From positions 12,237 through 76,236 of the forward strand of contig CATMOE010000008.1 of NCBI GenBank assembly GCA_950072105.1: 64,000 bases of DNA, given 5' to 3'. Shown piece by piece: positions 47,230 through 56,360 of this stretch; the first letter of the stretch is position 1, and every line of letters starts with the position of its first letter. A program made the position numbers and the translations under genes. The stretch comes from an uncultured Dehalococcoidia bacterium. GTDB taxonomy: Bacteria; Chloroflexota; Dehalococcoidia; Lucifugimonadales; UBA3495. The notes under the pieces were generated by a model. It ran no database searches. It saw only the letters and a list, made by a program, of their open reading frames with translations, and was not told the DNA's origin.

Positions 47230-47754
47230 CTCCTGCCATAGGGTCCGGACCGTCTCCGTGATAACCCCTCCATCGAAACCGCGGCGCTGCAAGAGGGACC
47301 AAAGGCGTCGCCGGAACTGAGAGAACTCCCCACGTGCCAACCGCATGGCCAAGCTAAGGCCGGCACGGTAGGCGTTCCCAGGCCCGTCGAAATTCTCCAA
47401 AGCCTCCCTGATCGTTTCCTCCGGAACTCCCTTACCCAATAGCTCCTGGCGCAACAATCTCTGTCCTCTTGGACGCCGCCGCTCCCGGCTGCTGCGCCAC
47501 TGGCGGGCGAACGCGGCGTCGTCCAGGTAGCCTTGTTCTGTGAGGGCGGTGATTACGCGGTCGATGACCTGGGAGTCGTAACGTGGAGTCAGGCGGCGCC
47601 GTACTTCGGCCTCGCTGCGCCCCCGATAACCAAGGAGGCGGAAAGCGGCGCTCCTAGCGGCCAGATAGTCGGAGTTCCGCTCTGAAGCGCCATCAGGTGG
47701 GCTGGGTGCTTGAGACTTTCCAACCTGTCCAGGACCCCAATCAGAGTTGGTCAT
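47161..47754 (-). CDS. recX: recombination regulator RecX
   Basis: AARSAAFRLLGYRGRSEAEVRRRL... three-repeat RecX pattern, immediately downstream of recA. Confidence 0.8.
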   Translation of the reverse strand: MTNSDWGPGQVGKSQAPSPPDGASERNSDYLAARSAAFRLLGYRGRSEAEVRRRLTPRYDSQVIDRVITALTEQGYLDDAAFARQWRSSRERRRPRGQRLLRQELLGKGVPEETIREALENFDGPGNAYRAGLSLAMRLARGEFSQFRRRLWSLLQRRGFDGGVITETVRTLWQELSDPLNGSVDAETDEEQTENTQ

Positions 47755-47835
47755 TAATAAACCTAAGAAGCCCCTTCGCTAGACAGTCGTTGTTCAGCGA
47801 AGGGGCCCGCACAGAATCTTCGTGGGCAGGAGATT

Positions 47836-48942
47836 TTATTCCTCTTTCTCCGGTTCCGTAACATTCGGGATGGCGTATTCGTTGCCGGTTGCTGACGATG
47901 CCGCCTCGTCGGCGGGGGCTTGCTCCGCCGGGCTTTCTTCCGGCTTAGCGGTAGTATCGCGGATCCTAGCTTCGAGGGAATCAGCGATTTCCGGGTGTTG
48001 CGTCAAGAATTCCTTGGAGTTCTCCCGGCCCTGGCCCAATCGAGTTTCCCCGTAGGAGTAGAAGGCGCCCGATTTCTTGATAATGCCTTGGGCGGTCCCC
48101 AACTCCAAGAGGTCGCCCATCCGGCTGATGCCCTGGTTGAACATAATGTCGAACTCGGCAACGCGGAACGGAGCTGCTATCTTGTTTTTGACGATGCGGG
48201 CCCGTACCCGGTTGCCTATTATCTCGGACCCTTGTTTGATGGACTCCACCCGCCGAAGATCGATACGGACTGAGCTGTAAAACTTGAGAGCACGTCCTCC
48301 AGGGGTGACTTCTGGGTTCCCGTAGGAAACGCCGATCTTTTCACGTAGTTGGTTGATGAAGATCACGGCGGTGTGGGAGCGGTGGATCGCCGAGGTCAAC
48401 TTACGAAGTGCCTGGGACATCAGCCGGGCTTGTAGTCCCATGTGTGAGTCGCCCATGTCCCCTTCGATTTCTGCCTGGGGCACTAAAGCGGCCACGCTGT
48501 CGATGATGATTGAGTCGATGGCGCCGCTGCGGACCAATTGCTCGGTGATGTCCAGCGCCTGCTCGGCGCTATCCGGTTGGGCGATGAGCAGGCTTTCCAC
48601 GTTCAGGCCGCAATGTTCGGCATAGACTGGGTCCATGGCGTGTTCCACGTCTATATAGGCGGCAAGCCCCCCCAATTTTTGTGTTTCGGCCATTATGTGG
48701 ATGGCCAGCGTGGACTTGCCCGTCGACTCTGCTCCGAAGATTTCGGTTACCCGGCCACGTGGAATACCTCCGGCGCCCAGCGCCACGTCAAGGGCCAGGG
48801 ATCCAGTTGGAATCACTTCGGTTGCTAGCCGCTGGGCCGCTTCGCCCAAGCGCATCACGGCGCCTTTGCCGTAGTCTTTTTCGATGTGGGCTAGAGCGAT
48901 GTCGAGAGCTGCTTGTTTGTCTTTGTCGTTGTTTGTAGCCAT
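47836..48942 (-). CDS. recA: recombinase RecA
   Basis: [26 protein letters not shown]...[16 protein letters not shown].... I chose the ATG at 48942 because GGAGGG lies upstream. Confidence 0.95.
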   Translation of the reverse strand: MATNNDKDKQAALDIALAHIEKDYGKGAVMRLGEAAQRLATEVIPTGSLALDVALGAGGIPRGRVTEIFGAESTGKSTLAIHIMAETQKLGGLAAYIDVEHAMDPVYAEHCGLNVESLLIAQPDSAEQALDITEQLVRSGAIDSIIIDSVAALVPQAEIEGDMGDSHMGLQARLMSQALRKLTSAIHRSHTAVIFINQLREKIGVSYGNPEVTPGGRALKFYSSVRIDLRRVESIKQGSEIIGNRVRARIVKNKIAAPFRVAEFDIMFNQGISRMGDLLELGTAQGIIKKSGAFYSYGETRLGQGRENSKEFLTQHPEIADSLEARIRDTTAKPEESPAEQAPADEAASSATGNEYAIPNVTEPEKEE

Positions 48943-48976
48943 CTTCCCTCCATCCTGCCTGGAATACTGGCGCATG

Positions 48977-48994
48977 TTAGCACGGGCGTTCTAA
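48977..48994. promoter_or_regulatory. possible LexA (Cheo-type GAAC-N4-GTTC-like) box upstream of recA
   Basis: The minus strand reads TTAGAACGCCCGTGCTAA, one mismatch from a perfect TTAGAAC-N4-GTTCTAA palindrome. It overlaps a TTGTAG-18-TAACAT promoter-like element. Confidence 0.35.
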
Positions 48995-49107
48995 TACCTA
49001 CAAGGTTCAAATGTCATAGTGTTTTGGAGGAGGATTATTTTGCTTGAATGCCAACTTTGATAGTTGGATCTGATGCTTCCGGGCCAACCGGTCCGAGACT
49101 AGAACTC

Positions 49108-49338
49108 TCAATTCCCGCCTTTGAAGCCGATTGTCGCTTCACCGTTCTCAACGATCACGGGAGTGACTCTTTCGCCGCCGGTTAGGCTGAGCAGGTCGTC
49201 GATCTTGTCCCTTTCCTTGGAAACATCTATTTCCACAAAAGATACACCGCGGTGCCGATAGTCCATCTTGGCTGCTGACGAGTAGGCGCAATCTGGGTGG
49301 GTATAGATAGTAACGGTAGTTTCGCTGGATTGGGTCAC
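49108..49338 (-). CDS. glutaredoxin-like small protein with CAYS instead of CxxC; possibly extends to 49099 by TGA=Sec
   Basis: VTIYTHPDCAYSSAAK...VSKERDKIDDLLSLTGGERVTPVIVENGEATIGFKGGN-TGA. The GTG at 49338 follows AGGGAG after a 6-nt spacer. See the finding below. Confidence 0.7.
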   Translation of the reverse strand: MTQSSETTVTIYTHPDCAYSSAAKMDYRHRGVSFVEIDVSKERDKIDDLLSLTGGERVTPVIVENGEATIGFKGGN

Positions 49339-49531
49339 GTTAGACTCCCTTGAAATCAGATTGGGTATGGTCTTATTGTAAGGTCGCACGCCCGGATGTT
49401 CAACGAGATAATCTGCCGATGGTCCTGAATTTCGTGGTATGCTTTTTTGGAGCTACTTTAGAGAAGCTTCAACTCCCTCCGGCCAATCTTCCGGCTCTTA
49501 TACAGGGCCGGAAGGGCCACATTGAGCGATT

Positions 49532-50710
49532 ATGCCATCCACCGACCGATTGCTAGCCGAACTTGGCGAGTTGCTGACGGAAAATGCCATCGGCGTGGGG
49601 CGTTTGACTCCCAGACCCAGGGGCGGAAGATTGACTGGGGATCCGAGGCGGGTTCTGGAACAGACGTTGGCCCTCCTTGAAAACACCCCCTCTTCTCGGG
49701 GCTGCTTGGTCTACGGCAATGGTTGCTTTGCCGTGGGGCGATATACCGATGCGGCCGCGGTTTATCAAGGCATCTTGACGGTCCAGTCAGATGACCTAGA
49801 CGCTAGGTTTAATCTGGGCCTGACCCATCTCCGGCTTAAGGATCCCGGGCGGGCGGTGGAGAACCTAAATCTGGTTCTTGCCCAGGATCCTTCAATGGCC
49901 GAAGCTCACTATCAACTGGGAAACGCCTACGACGATATGGGCGAAGGGGAATCGGCTCTGGCAGGGTACGACCAAGCCAAAGCATTGCAACCCGGCTACC
50001 TTCAGGCCATCTACAACAAGGGCGTGTCTCTGGCCAAGCTGGGGCGGCACCATGAAGCAGTGGCGGAGTTCGACCAAGCGGTTGCCCTCCGGCCAGGTTT
50101 GTCCAACGCCTACATGAACCGGGGGGCCTCCCTGGACGAGCTGGGGCGGCATCAAGACGCGATCAACGACTACACCGTGGCTATCGAATGCAATCCCGAA
50201 AACGCCGACGCCTATTTCAATCGGGCCCGAACCAATTATTACTTGGAAAATATGGAGGACACCATTGAGGATTATTCCAAGGTGCTGAGCCTCACTCCCG
50301 ATGACGCGGAAGCCTACAACAACCGTGGTTTGGCCTTCGACGCCTTGGGCGATTATGACCTGGCTTTGGAGGATTACGGTAGGGCCGTAACCTTGCGGCC
50401 AGATTTCGCTGAGTCACTAAGCAATAGAGGAGCGGCTTCGGAGGCCCTGGGGAAAACGGAGGAGGCGCTGGACGACTACCTGGCGGCTTTAACAGCGGCG
50501 CCCAACTTCGCGGCCGCTCATTACAATGCCGCCAGGCTATACGCTCGATTAAGGGATGTCGATCAATGCCTTCCCCATTTGGAAAAAGCGATGCGGCTGG
50601 TCCCGGAACTGCGCTCGGATGCAGACGAAGATGACGAATTGGGCTGGGTCTTGAAGCTACGCCAGCTTAAGCAAGAGCGGGGAAGGGGTACCGGAGAAGC
50701 CGGCGCCTAG
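49532..50710 (+). CDS. tetratricopeptide (TPR) repeat protein
   Basis: About 8 consecutive 34-aa TPR units (..A..Y..AL.L.P....A..N.G...). Confidence 0.8.
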   Translation: MPSTDRLLAELGELLTENAIGVGRLTPRPRGGRLTGDPRRVLEQTLALLENTPSSRGCLVYGNGCFAVGRYTDAAAVYQGILTVQSDDLDARFNLGLTHLRLKDPGRAVENLNLVLAQDPSMAEAHYQLGNAYDDMGEGESALAGYDQAKALQPGYLQAIYNKGVSLAKLGRHHEAVAEFDQAVALRPGLSNAYMNRGASLDELGRHQDAINDYTVAIECNPENADAYFNRARTNYYLENMEDTIEDYSKVLSLTPDDAEAYNNRGLAFDALGDYDLALEDYGRAVTLRPDFAESLSNRGAASEALGKTEEALDDYLAALTAAPNFAAAHYNAARLYARLRDVDQCLPHLEKAMRLVPELRSDADEDDELGWVLKLRQLKQERGRGTGEAGA

Positions 50711-51417
50711 CGGTTCTCCGGCGCGACCGGACCCAGGTCTGGATCCGCATCCAGGTCGGGTTCCAACTCCAGGTCGAGGAGGATCTCTTCCTCTCCTGGA
50801 AGGCTCAGTCTGCGCCGGCGGGCAATGTTACTGCGGATGAGGACCAATCCGGCCAGAACGGTCAGTCCCAATACCAGATCGCGGTCAATCTGATAGTAAA
50901 AGCTCAGAGCGGTCAAGAAGACGTAGCAGGCAGCGATTCCCCAAGATGAACGCCAGATCGATCTCCGCATCAGAAGAATCACCGCTACCCCGATAGCCAC
51001 ACCCAGTGGAGCCAAGCTCGGCATAAGAGCCAGAGTTATGCCCATGAGGGAAGCCATCCCGTCTCCGCCGCGAAACCCGGCGAACAAGGATTTCCAGTGG
51101 CCGATGATCGCGGCTGCCCCCACCAATAAAATCAGGAGACTAGGAACGTCCAGCAAATGGGCGATAATGATTGCGGCCGAACCTTTGGCCACATCCCCGA
51201 TAAACACCACCGAGCCTGTACGGTGGCCGACGTTCCAGAATACGTTGGCTGTACCGGCCTCGTTGCTGCCGGTGGAGAATATGTCCACTCCCCGCAACCG
51301 CGCCGCGATCAGCGCGAAGGGGATTGAGCCTAAAAGATAGCCGACCAGAACGGCGGCGATAACTTTTTGAATTACTACGTAGTCTATGGGCACTGACCTA
51401 CCATCACCTGGATGCAA
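50707..51417 (-). CDS. divergent PlsY-family (glycerol-3-phosphate acyltransferase-like) membrane protein
   Basis: YLLGSIPFALIAARL...GSNEAGTAN...DVAKG...GHWKSLFAGFRGGDGMA. It has an acidic C-terminal tail, and its start is uncertain. Confidence 0.65.
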   Translation of the reverse strand: MHPGDGRSVPIDYVVIQKVIAAVLVGYLLGSIPFALIAARLRGVDIFSTGSNEAGTANVFWNVGHRTGSVVFIGDVAKGSAAIIIAHLLDVPSLLILLVGAAAIIGHWKSLFAGFRGGDGMASLMGITLALMPSLAPLGVAIGVAVILLMRRSIWRSSWGIAACYVFLTALSFYYQIDRDLVLGLTVLAGLVLIRSNIARRRRLSLPGEEEILLDLELEPDLDADPDLGPVAPENR

Positions 51418-51593
51418 AGTCGGCTGGAACTAGTGTGATCCTTACTTAGATAATACAGCAGCCAAGCCTCAAGGGGAATAGCAATGGCCTCGAATCCGGC
51501 TTCCATTCTGACCACGGCATGTTCGATTATGGTCCAATTCGCCAAGTAAGATTGTGGCCAATCACAATGGCCCTAAGGCTCCGAATAAATGCA

Positions 51594-51621
51594 AAGGCCT
51601 CGGGGATTTCCCCGAGGCCTT
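51594..51621 (-). terminator. intrinsic terminator after the repeat-protein gene
   Basis: AAGGCCTCGGGG-ATTT-CCCCGAGGCCTT, a 12-bp stem, followed on the minus strand by a T-rich stretch (TTGCATTTATTC). Confidence 0.6.
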
Positions 51622-51709
51622 CGGTTGCTGCCGCAGACTGTTCGGCTGGTAGGGGCAATTACCGGCCGTCTCCGCCTAACGGAAGCTGGGCGCCCTTATG
51701 TAGGAAACT

Positions 51710-52303
51710 TTACTCTGATTCGCCGGTGATTGGGTGGAAGTTCTCTTCCGCCATGCCGAAGGAACCGACGTTCATGCCCGCGTTGTCCGTCTCTAGTTCA
51801 CCGGAAACCGGGTGGTAGTACTCCTCACCCAAACTCGGGGAGCCGATATCCAACTTTCCCGAAATCGGGGAGGTCTCTTCGCCGGTGACCGGGTTGAAAT
51901 ACTCTTCGCCTAGGTCGAAGGAACTTACTTTAATGCTTCCAACGGCCTCGGAGATGTTCTCACCAGTGACCGAGTGAAAATTCTCTTCGCCCGGCCCCCA
52001 GAAGGCAAGACGCTCGATGCTCAACGGTCTGGCCAGAACGCCCATGGAACGCTGGATGATCTGGTTGGGAAGCAGTCCGGTGGGCTCACCGGTTACTGGG
52101 TTGAACCACTCTTCCCCAAGTTCTGTCTGGACCGACAATTGATTCTCGGATGCCTGAACCTGTCCTGGTGTAAATCCTGGCGCCGTTACCGCCACCATTG
52201 CGGCCCCCAGAACCAATGCCCCCAGGAATTTGGCTAGTGTGTTGTGTTTGATCCCGTTGGTGAGTCCTAATTTTGCCCTTTTTATCTGAGTTGTGATTTT
52301 CAT
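51710..52303 (-). CDS. secreted or membrane-anchored acidic protein with five GEExFxPxTGE repeats
   Basis: The N-terminal signal/anchor is KFLGALVLGAAMVAVTAPG..VQA-SE. The five copies are GEEWFNPVTGE, GEENFHSVTGE, GEEYFNPVTGE, GEEYYHPVSGE and AEENFHPITGE. Confidence 0.6.
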   Translation of the reverse strand: MKITTQIKRAKLGLTNGIKHNTLAKFLGALVLGAAMVAVTAPGFTPGQVQASENQLSVQTELGEEWFNPVTGEPTGLLPNQIIQRSMGVLARPLSIERLAFWGPGEENFHSVTGENISEAVGSIKVSSFDLGEEYFNPVTGEETSPISGKLDIGSPSLGEEYYHPVSGELETDNAGMNVGSFGMAEENFHPITGESE

Positions 52304-52673
52304 TCCGGTTGCCCCATCAAATCTATGGGATTCCCGCTGTTCCCCTGTTCTCGGTTGCTTGCCCCGTTTGTCGTCCCTTTCATGGTTGCCCCTCCACTTA
52401 TTTGCTATGCCGGTAGCTTATCGAAGGCAAGCTGGCGCAACATCCAGGAGATTACTGATTTCTTAAAAGTAGCCAAAATCCCGAAATTGGCCGGCCTCAG
52501 TAAGATTACGGAGACTTCTAAGTAGTTCCAACGAGAGCCTAATGGGACAAGCGGAAGAAAGGCGTGGACAGAAGACTGGGGCAGACGGTTGAGTTGCTGG
52601 GAGGTTCTGCTCGGCAGATAAACGTATCTGGGGTGACGTCTTTAGCGGGGAGATTGGGAGGGGGTAGATCGGC

Positions 52674-55619
52674 CTATACCAGACCCCGCTGGTTGGCGTA
52701 TGACGCCGCCTCGGTCCGGTTTGCGGCGTTGGTCTTGTTCAGGATATTTCCCACGTGGGTGGAAACCGTCCGCACACCTATGAATAGCTCTTCAGAGATT
52801 TCCCTGTCGGTCTTGCCGGAGGAGATCAGGCGCAGTACCTCTACCTCGCGCTGGGTCAGACCGTCGGGATAGGCCGGGGCTCTTTCCGGTAGCAACCCGG
52901 CTTTTTCCTGGAGTGCCGACACCCGCGCCATCAAGGGAAGCATGCCCAGATCGGTGGAGATGGATCGTGCTTCTTCCAGCAACAGTATCGCCTTGGAGCG
53001 GTCACCTGGACCCTGGTATTCCAAGAGCGTTTCGGCGTAGTCGTGATAGCTCCATGCCAACTCGGGCCGGTAGCCAGCCCCCCGGCAGAATTCCAAAGCG
53101 TTCTCGAAGTGTTCGATAGCCCATTCGAACTTGCCTATGGTCCGGGCTACCAATCCCAGGACCCGGTCGCCGTTTAGGCCATCGAGTTGAGTGCCTGCGC
53201 TTGATTGCAAGGCGGGGTAATGCTCGCTCGCTACCTCAGCGTCCCCCCGAATCACGGCGATCAGCGCCAATCCCCATCTGGCGTACCTGATGATAAAGGG
53301 TGTCGCGGATTCCGCCGATAGCACCGTCGCCGCGGCGTCCTCAGCTATGTGTAGCCGGTCCACCTCGCCGGTGATGCGGGCAACGACGGGTATCATTAGA
53401 GCTGCCGATGCGTGATCATATCTGGGTCCGGAAGTTACGAGGCGGAGGGTCTCCACGAGGCCTTCCAGGTACTCGTTACCTTCGTCCAGGTTCCCGGTCT
53501 CGTACTCTAGTACCATTCTTGTGACGAGGAGGCGGGCATCTGACGGCGACAACAATAGGCCACGGCGGTTAAATTCTCTGGCGGCCTGCCAGTCACCCTC
53601 GTATCGTGAGGCGAATTCGTTGAGCCAAAGGGCAGTAGCCAGCCAATAGTGGCCACGCAAGTCCTCAGCCTTAGACAGAATCGCCGCTGCATGATGCTGT
53701 CCCTCTTTGGATCTTCCTGTGTTTAGCAGAGCAATTCCAACCCAAAACCTGGCGGCCACCTCTGACACCTGGTCGTCAGTACGATCGGCCAGTTCAATGG
53801 CGCGTAGACCCTTAGCTATGGTTTCCTCGAGGTGTAGGTGCCAATAATCTACATCTGAGGAGTGAGCCAAGGTCCGCATCTCCAGGGCCAAGTCCCCGGT
53901 ACGTTGGGCGATGGCCAAAGCTTTGTCGAACGCGTCCATTGCGCCCTCGTAATCTCCTTCTCCCAGTCCCAGGCCAAGGACATATCTAGACAATAGGCGC
54001 CCAGCCTCCGGAGAATCCGGATCTATAAGTCGCAAGGCACGGGACACAAGATCCACGCCGCCGTGGTGACCCGCAATCTGGTGCAGGGGATACTCCGCAA
54101 CGGCTACGGCGCCAGCCACATCGTCCTCGCCGGCGTAGATCTCAAAGGCCTTCCCCATGCTAGTAAAAGCTACGTCGAGCTGTTGCCTACCCAGTGCGGC
54201 TCCTTGGGCTCGTCCAAGGCCAAACAGCGCCGCTGCCATCCCGGCGTCGCCGGGCTGCCTTTCTGTGGCCGAGAGCGCGCGTTGGAAGTGAACCAGAGCT
54301 TCTTCAAAAGCATGGGTTGCCAATGCGTGTTCTCCTGCTAGCAGGGCGTAACGCACCAGGTTCTCGGGCCCAAGGACAGCTTCAGCTTCGCCAAAATGGA
54401 ACGCCAACGCGCCGGCATGCCTCTCGGTATCGGCCGCCGTACATCTCTTCTAGGGCTCCACCTATGCGGGCGTGCGGACGCGCCCGGCGGGTAGCGGACA
54501 GTTCTTCGGCTAGCGTTTGCTGGATCAAGGCGTGGCTAAAACGGTGTAGGCCCGGCGTGCCCGGCGTCTCTTCAATCACCCGTGCTGCTAGTGCCTGGTC
54601 CAAAGCCTCCAATATCAGGTCCTCGGAAATACCGTCAGATAATGTGTTCAACAGCCGGAAGTCAAACTCCCGGCCGATCACCGAAGCGATGGTCAATGCT
54701 CGGATGCAGTCGTCCGGCAACCGGTTGAGACGCTGCCCTATCACGTCCCGGACACCCTCAGGAATGCTGAATTCAGTGGAATGGGCCGCGTCGTCAGCTA
54801 ACTCTTGCCGCTCCGCTAAAAGCCTTACCACTTCGGATATGAAAAAAGGATTGCCTTCAGTGCGGGAATGAATGGTTTCAACCAAACCTTGAGCATGCGT
54901 TTCCCCGTCGGTCCCATCAATAAACCGGCCGGTTTCTTCCTGGCTCAGTCCCAGCAACTGCTGCCTCTGAAACACCGGCTGGCGGGACAGTTGGGCGAGA
55001 GTTTCGGACAGAGGGTGCTGTCTGGAAAGCTCCATATCTCGATACGTGCCGACAACCAATAACCTGCTCTCAACCATCTGCCGGGCCAAAAACTCCAACA
55101 GCAAGAGCGAAGGCTTGTCGGCCCAGTGCAGGTCGTCCAGGATAGCAAGAGGGGTTGGTCCGAGGCCGCGTTCTTCAAGAAGGCCGCGATTGAGTCAAAC
55201 AGCCGGAAGCGGGCCTGTTCCGGATCTAGATATGGGGGTGGCGCCAGGTCCGGAAGTTTTTGGCGCACCTCGGGGACGATCTCCGCGATGTCGGCGGCGC
55301 CCGGCCCCATCTTTGTTTGCAACCGCTGGGGGTCGCACTGCCCCACGTAGTCTCGGATGGGTTGGACCCACGGTCAGAAAGGCGGTGCGCCTTCCTGTTC
55401 GTAACACCAACCCCAAAGAACCTGAACGCCTTGCCGTCCGGCGTGGGACGCTAATTCCTGGGCGGTACGGGTCTTGCCGATGCCCGGCTCACCGGCCAGC
55501 ATGACCAACCGTCCCTGGCCGGACAGGGCGTCATTCAGGGCTGACGTCAGCTCAGCCATCTCCCGCCGACGGCCTACGAAGACCTGGGCTATATCGCTGT
55601 TGGGACGAATCTCTGCCAT
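52674..55619 (-). pseudogene. second LAL-type (AAA + TPR + LuxR HTH) regulator, disrupted by one in-frame TGA and two frameshifts
   Basis: Four ORF pieces (55374..55619, 54945..55346, 54382..55104, 52674..54407) are collinear with the 7460..10422 paralog. The TGA at 55374-55376 sits where the paralog has Trp (APPF*PW versus APPYWRW). The shifts are near 55140-55145 and 54432-54438. Confidence 0.8.
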
Positions 55620-55878
55620 GCAGCAACTACCGAAATTGTATTTAATTCAGGCCACTGGTCCAGGTATGGGGAAATGTTACGTTGGAGGTGACGGGTTGTC
55701 CAGCAAGAAATAAAACCCATAAACACGGGACCTGGCCGGTAAGTTGGCAATCAATGCTGAGCCCTGGGCGGGATCGCCAATGAGGGTGTAAACTTGGGAC
55801 TTCTACGGGACTTGGTTTTAGCGATTCCTTGCGTCTCACGCGATTTTTGAAATGCGAATGAATAGAGGAGTTTTACAC

Positions 55879-56328
55879 ATGGAAATAGAGAACAAACTCA
55901 AAGCGATGGGACTGGAGCTACCTGCCGCCGGAACCCCGCCGGCGGGCCGCGCCGGGGCGGTCCAAGTTGGGAACATACTTTTCGTCGGCGGGCACACGGC
56001 GGGGGCAACGTACCGGGGCAAGCTGGGAGCGGAGATATCCGTGGAGCAAGGTTACGAAGCCGCTAAAGAAGCGTGCCTCAACTGTCTAGCCGATGTGAAA
56101 GCCGCGATCGGTGACCTGGATAAGGTGAAGCAGGTGGCCAAGCTGCTGTGTATGATTAACGCCGTTCCCGATTTCGGCCAGCAACCCTTGGTCGCCAATG
56201 GAGCCACCGACCTTCTGAGCGAGTTATTCGGTGACGCCGGGGCACACGCCAGGTCCGCCGTGGGGATGGGTTCGCTACCCAACGGGGTCTGCATCGAGAT
56301 TGAGATGATTCTGGAAATATCGGACTAA
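55879..56328 (+). CDS. RidA/YjgF family protein
   Basis: YjgF-like fold by sequence pattern (...GNILFVGGHTA... and C-terminal ...LPNGVCIEIEMILE). ATG at 55879 after GAGGAG. Confidence 0.75.
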   Translation: MEIENKLKAMGLELPAAGTPPAGRAGAVQVGNILFVGGHTAGATYRGKLGAEISVEQGYEAAKEACLNCLADVKAAIGDLDKVKQVAKLLCMINAVPDFGQQPLVANGATDLLSELFGDAGAHARSAVGMGSLPNGVCIEIEMILEISD

Positions 56329-56360
56329 GCTGATCGGTCTGAAGCCCGGAAATATCTACC

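Noticed and set aside
27923-55376. Genome-wide TGA reassignment (Trp/Gly), prompted by three in-frame TGAs (27923, 49108, 55374)
   Set aside because: Many well-conserved genes here (sthA, alaS and others) terminate at TGA at the expected length. One TGA-bearing gene also has frameshifts, and another disrupted gene uses TAA. Pseudogenisation, plus one possible Sec site, explains the data better.
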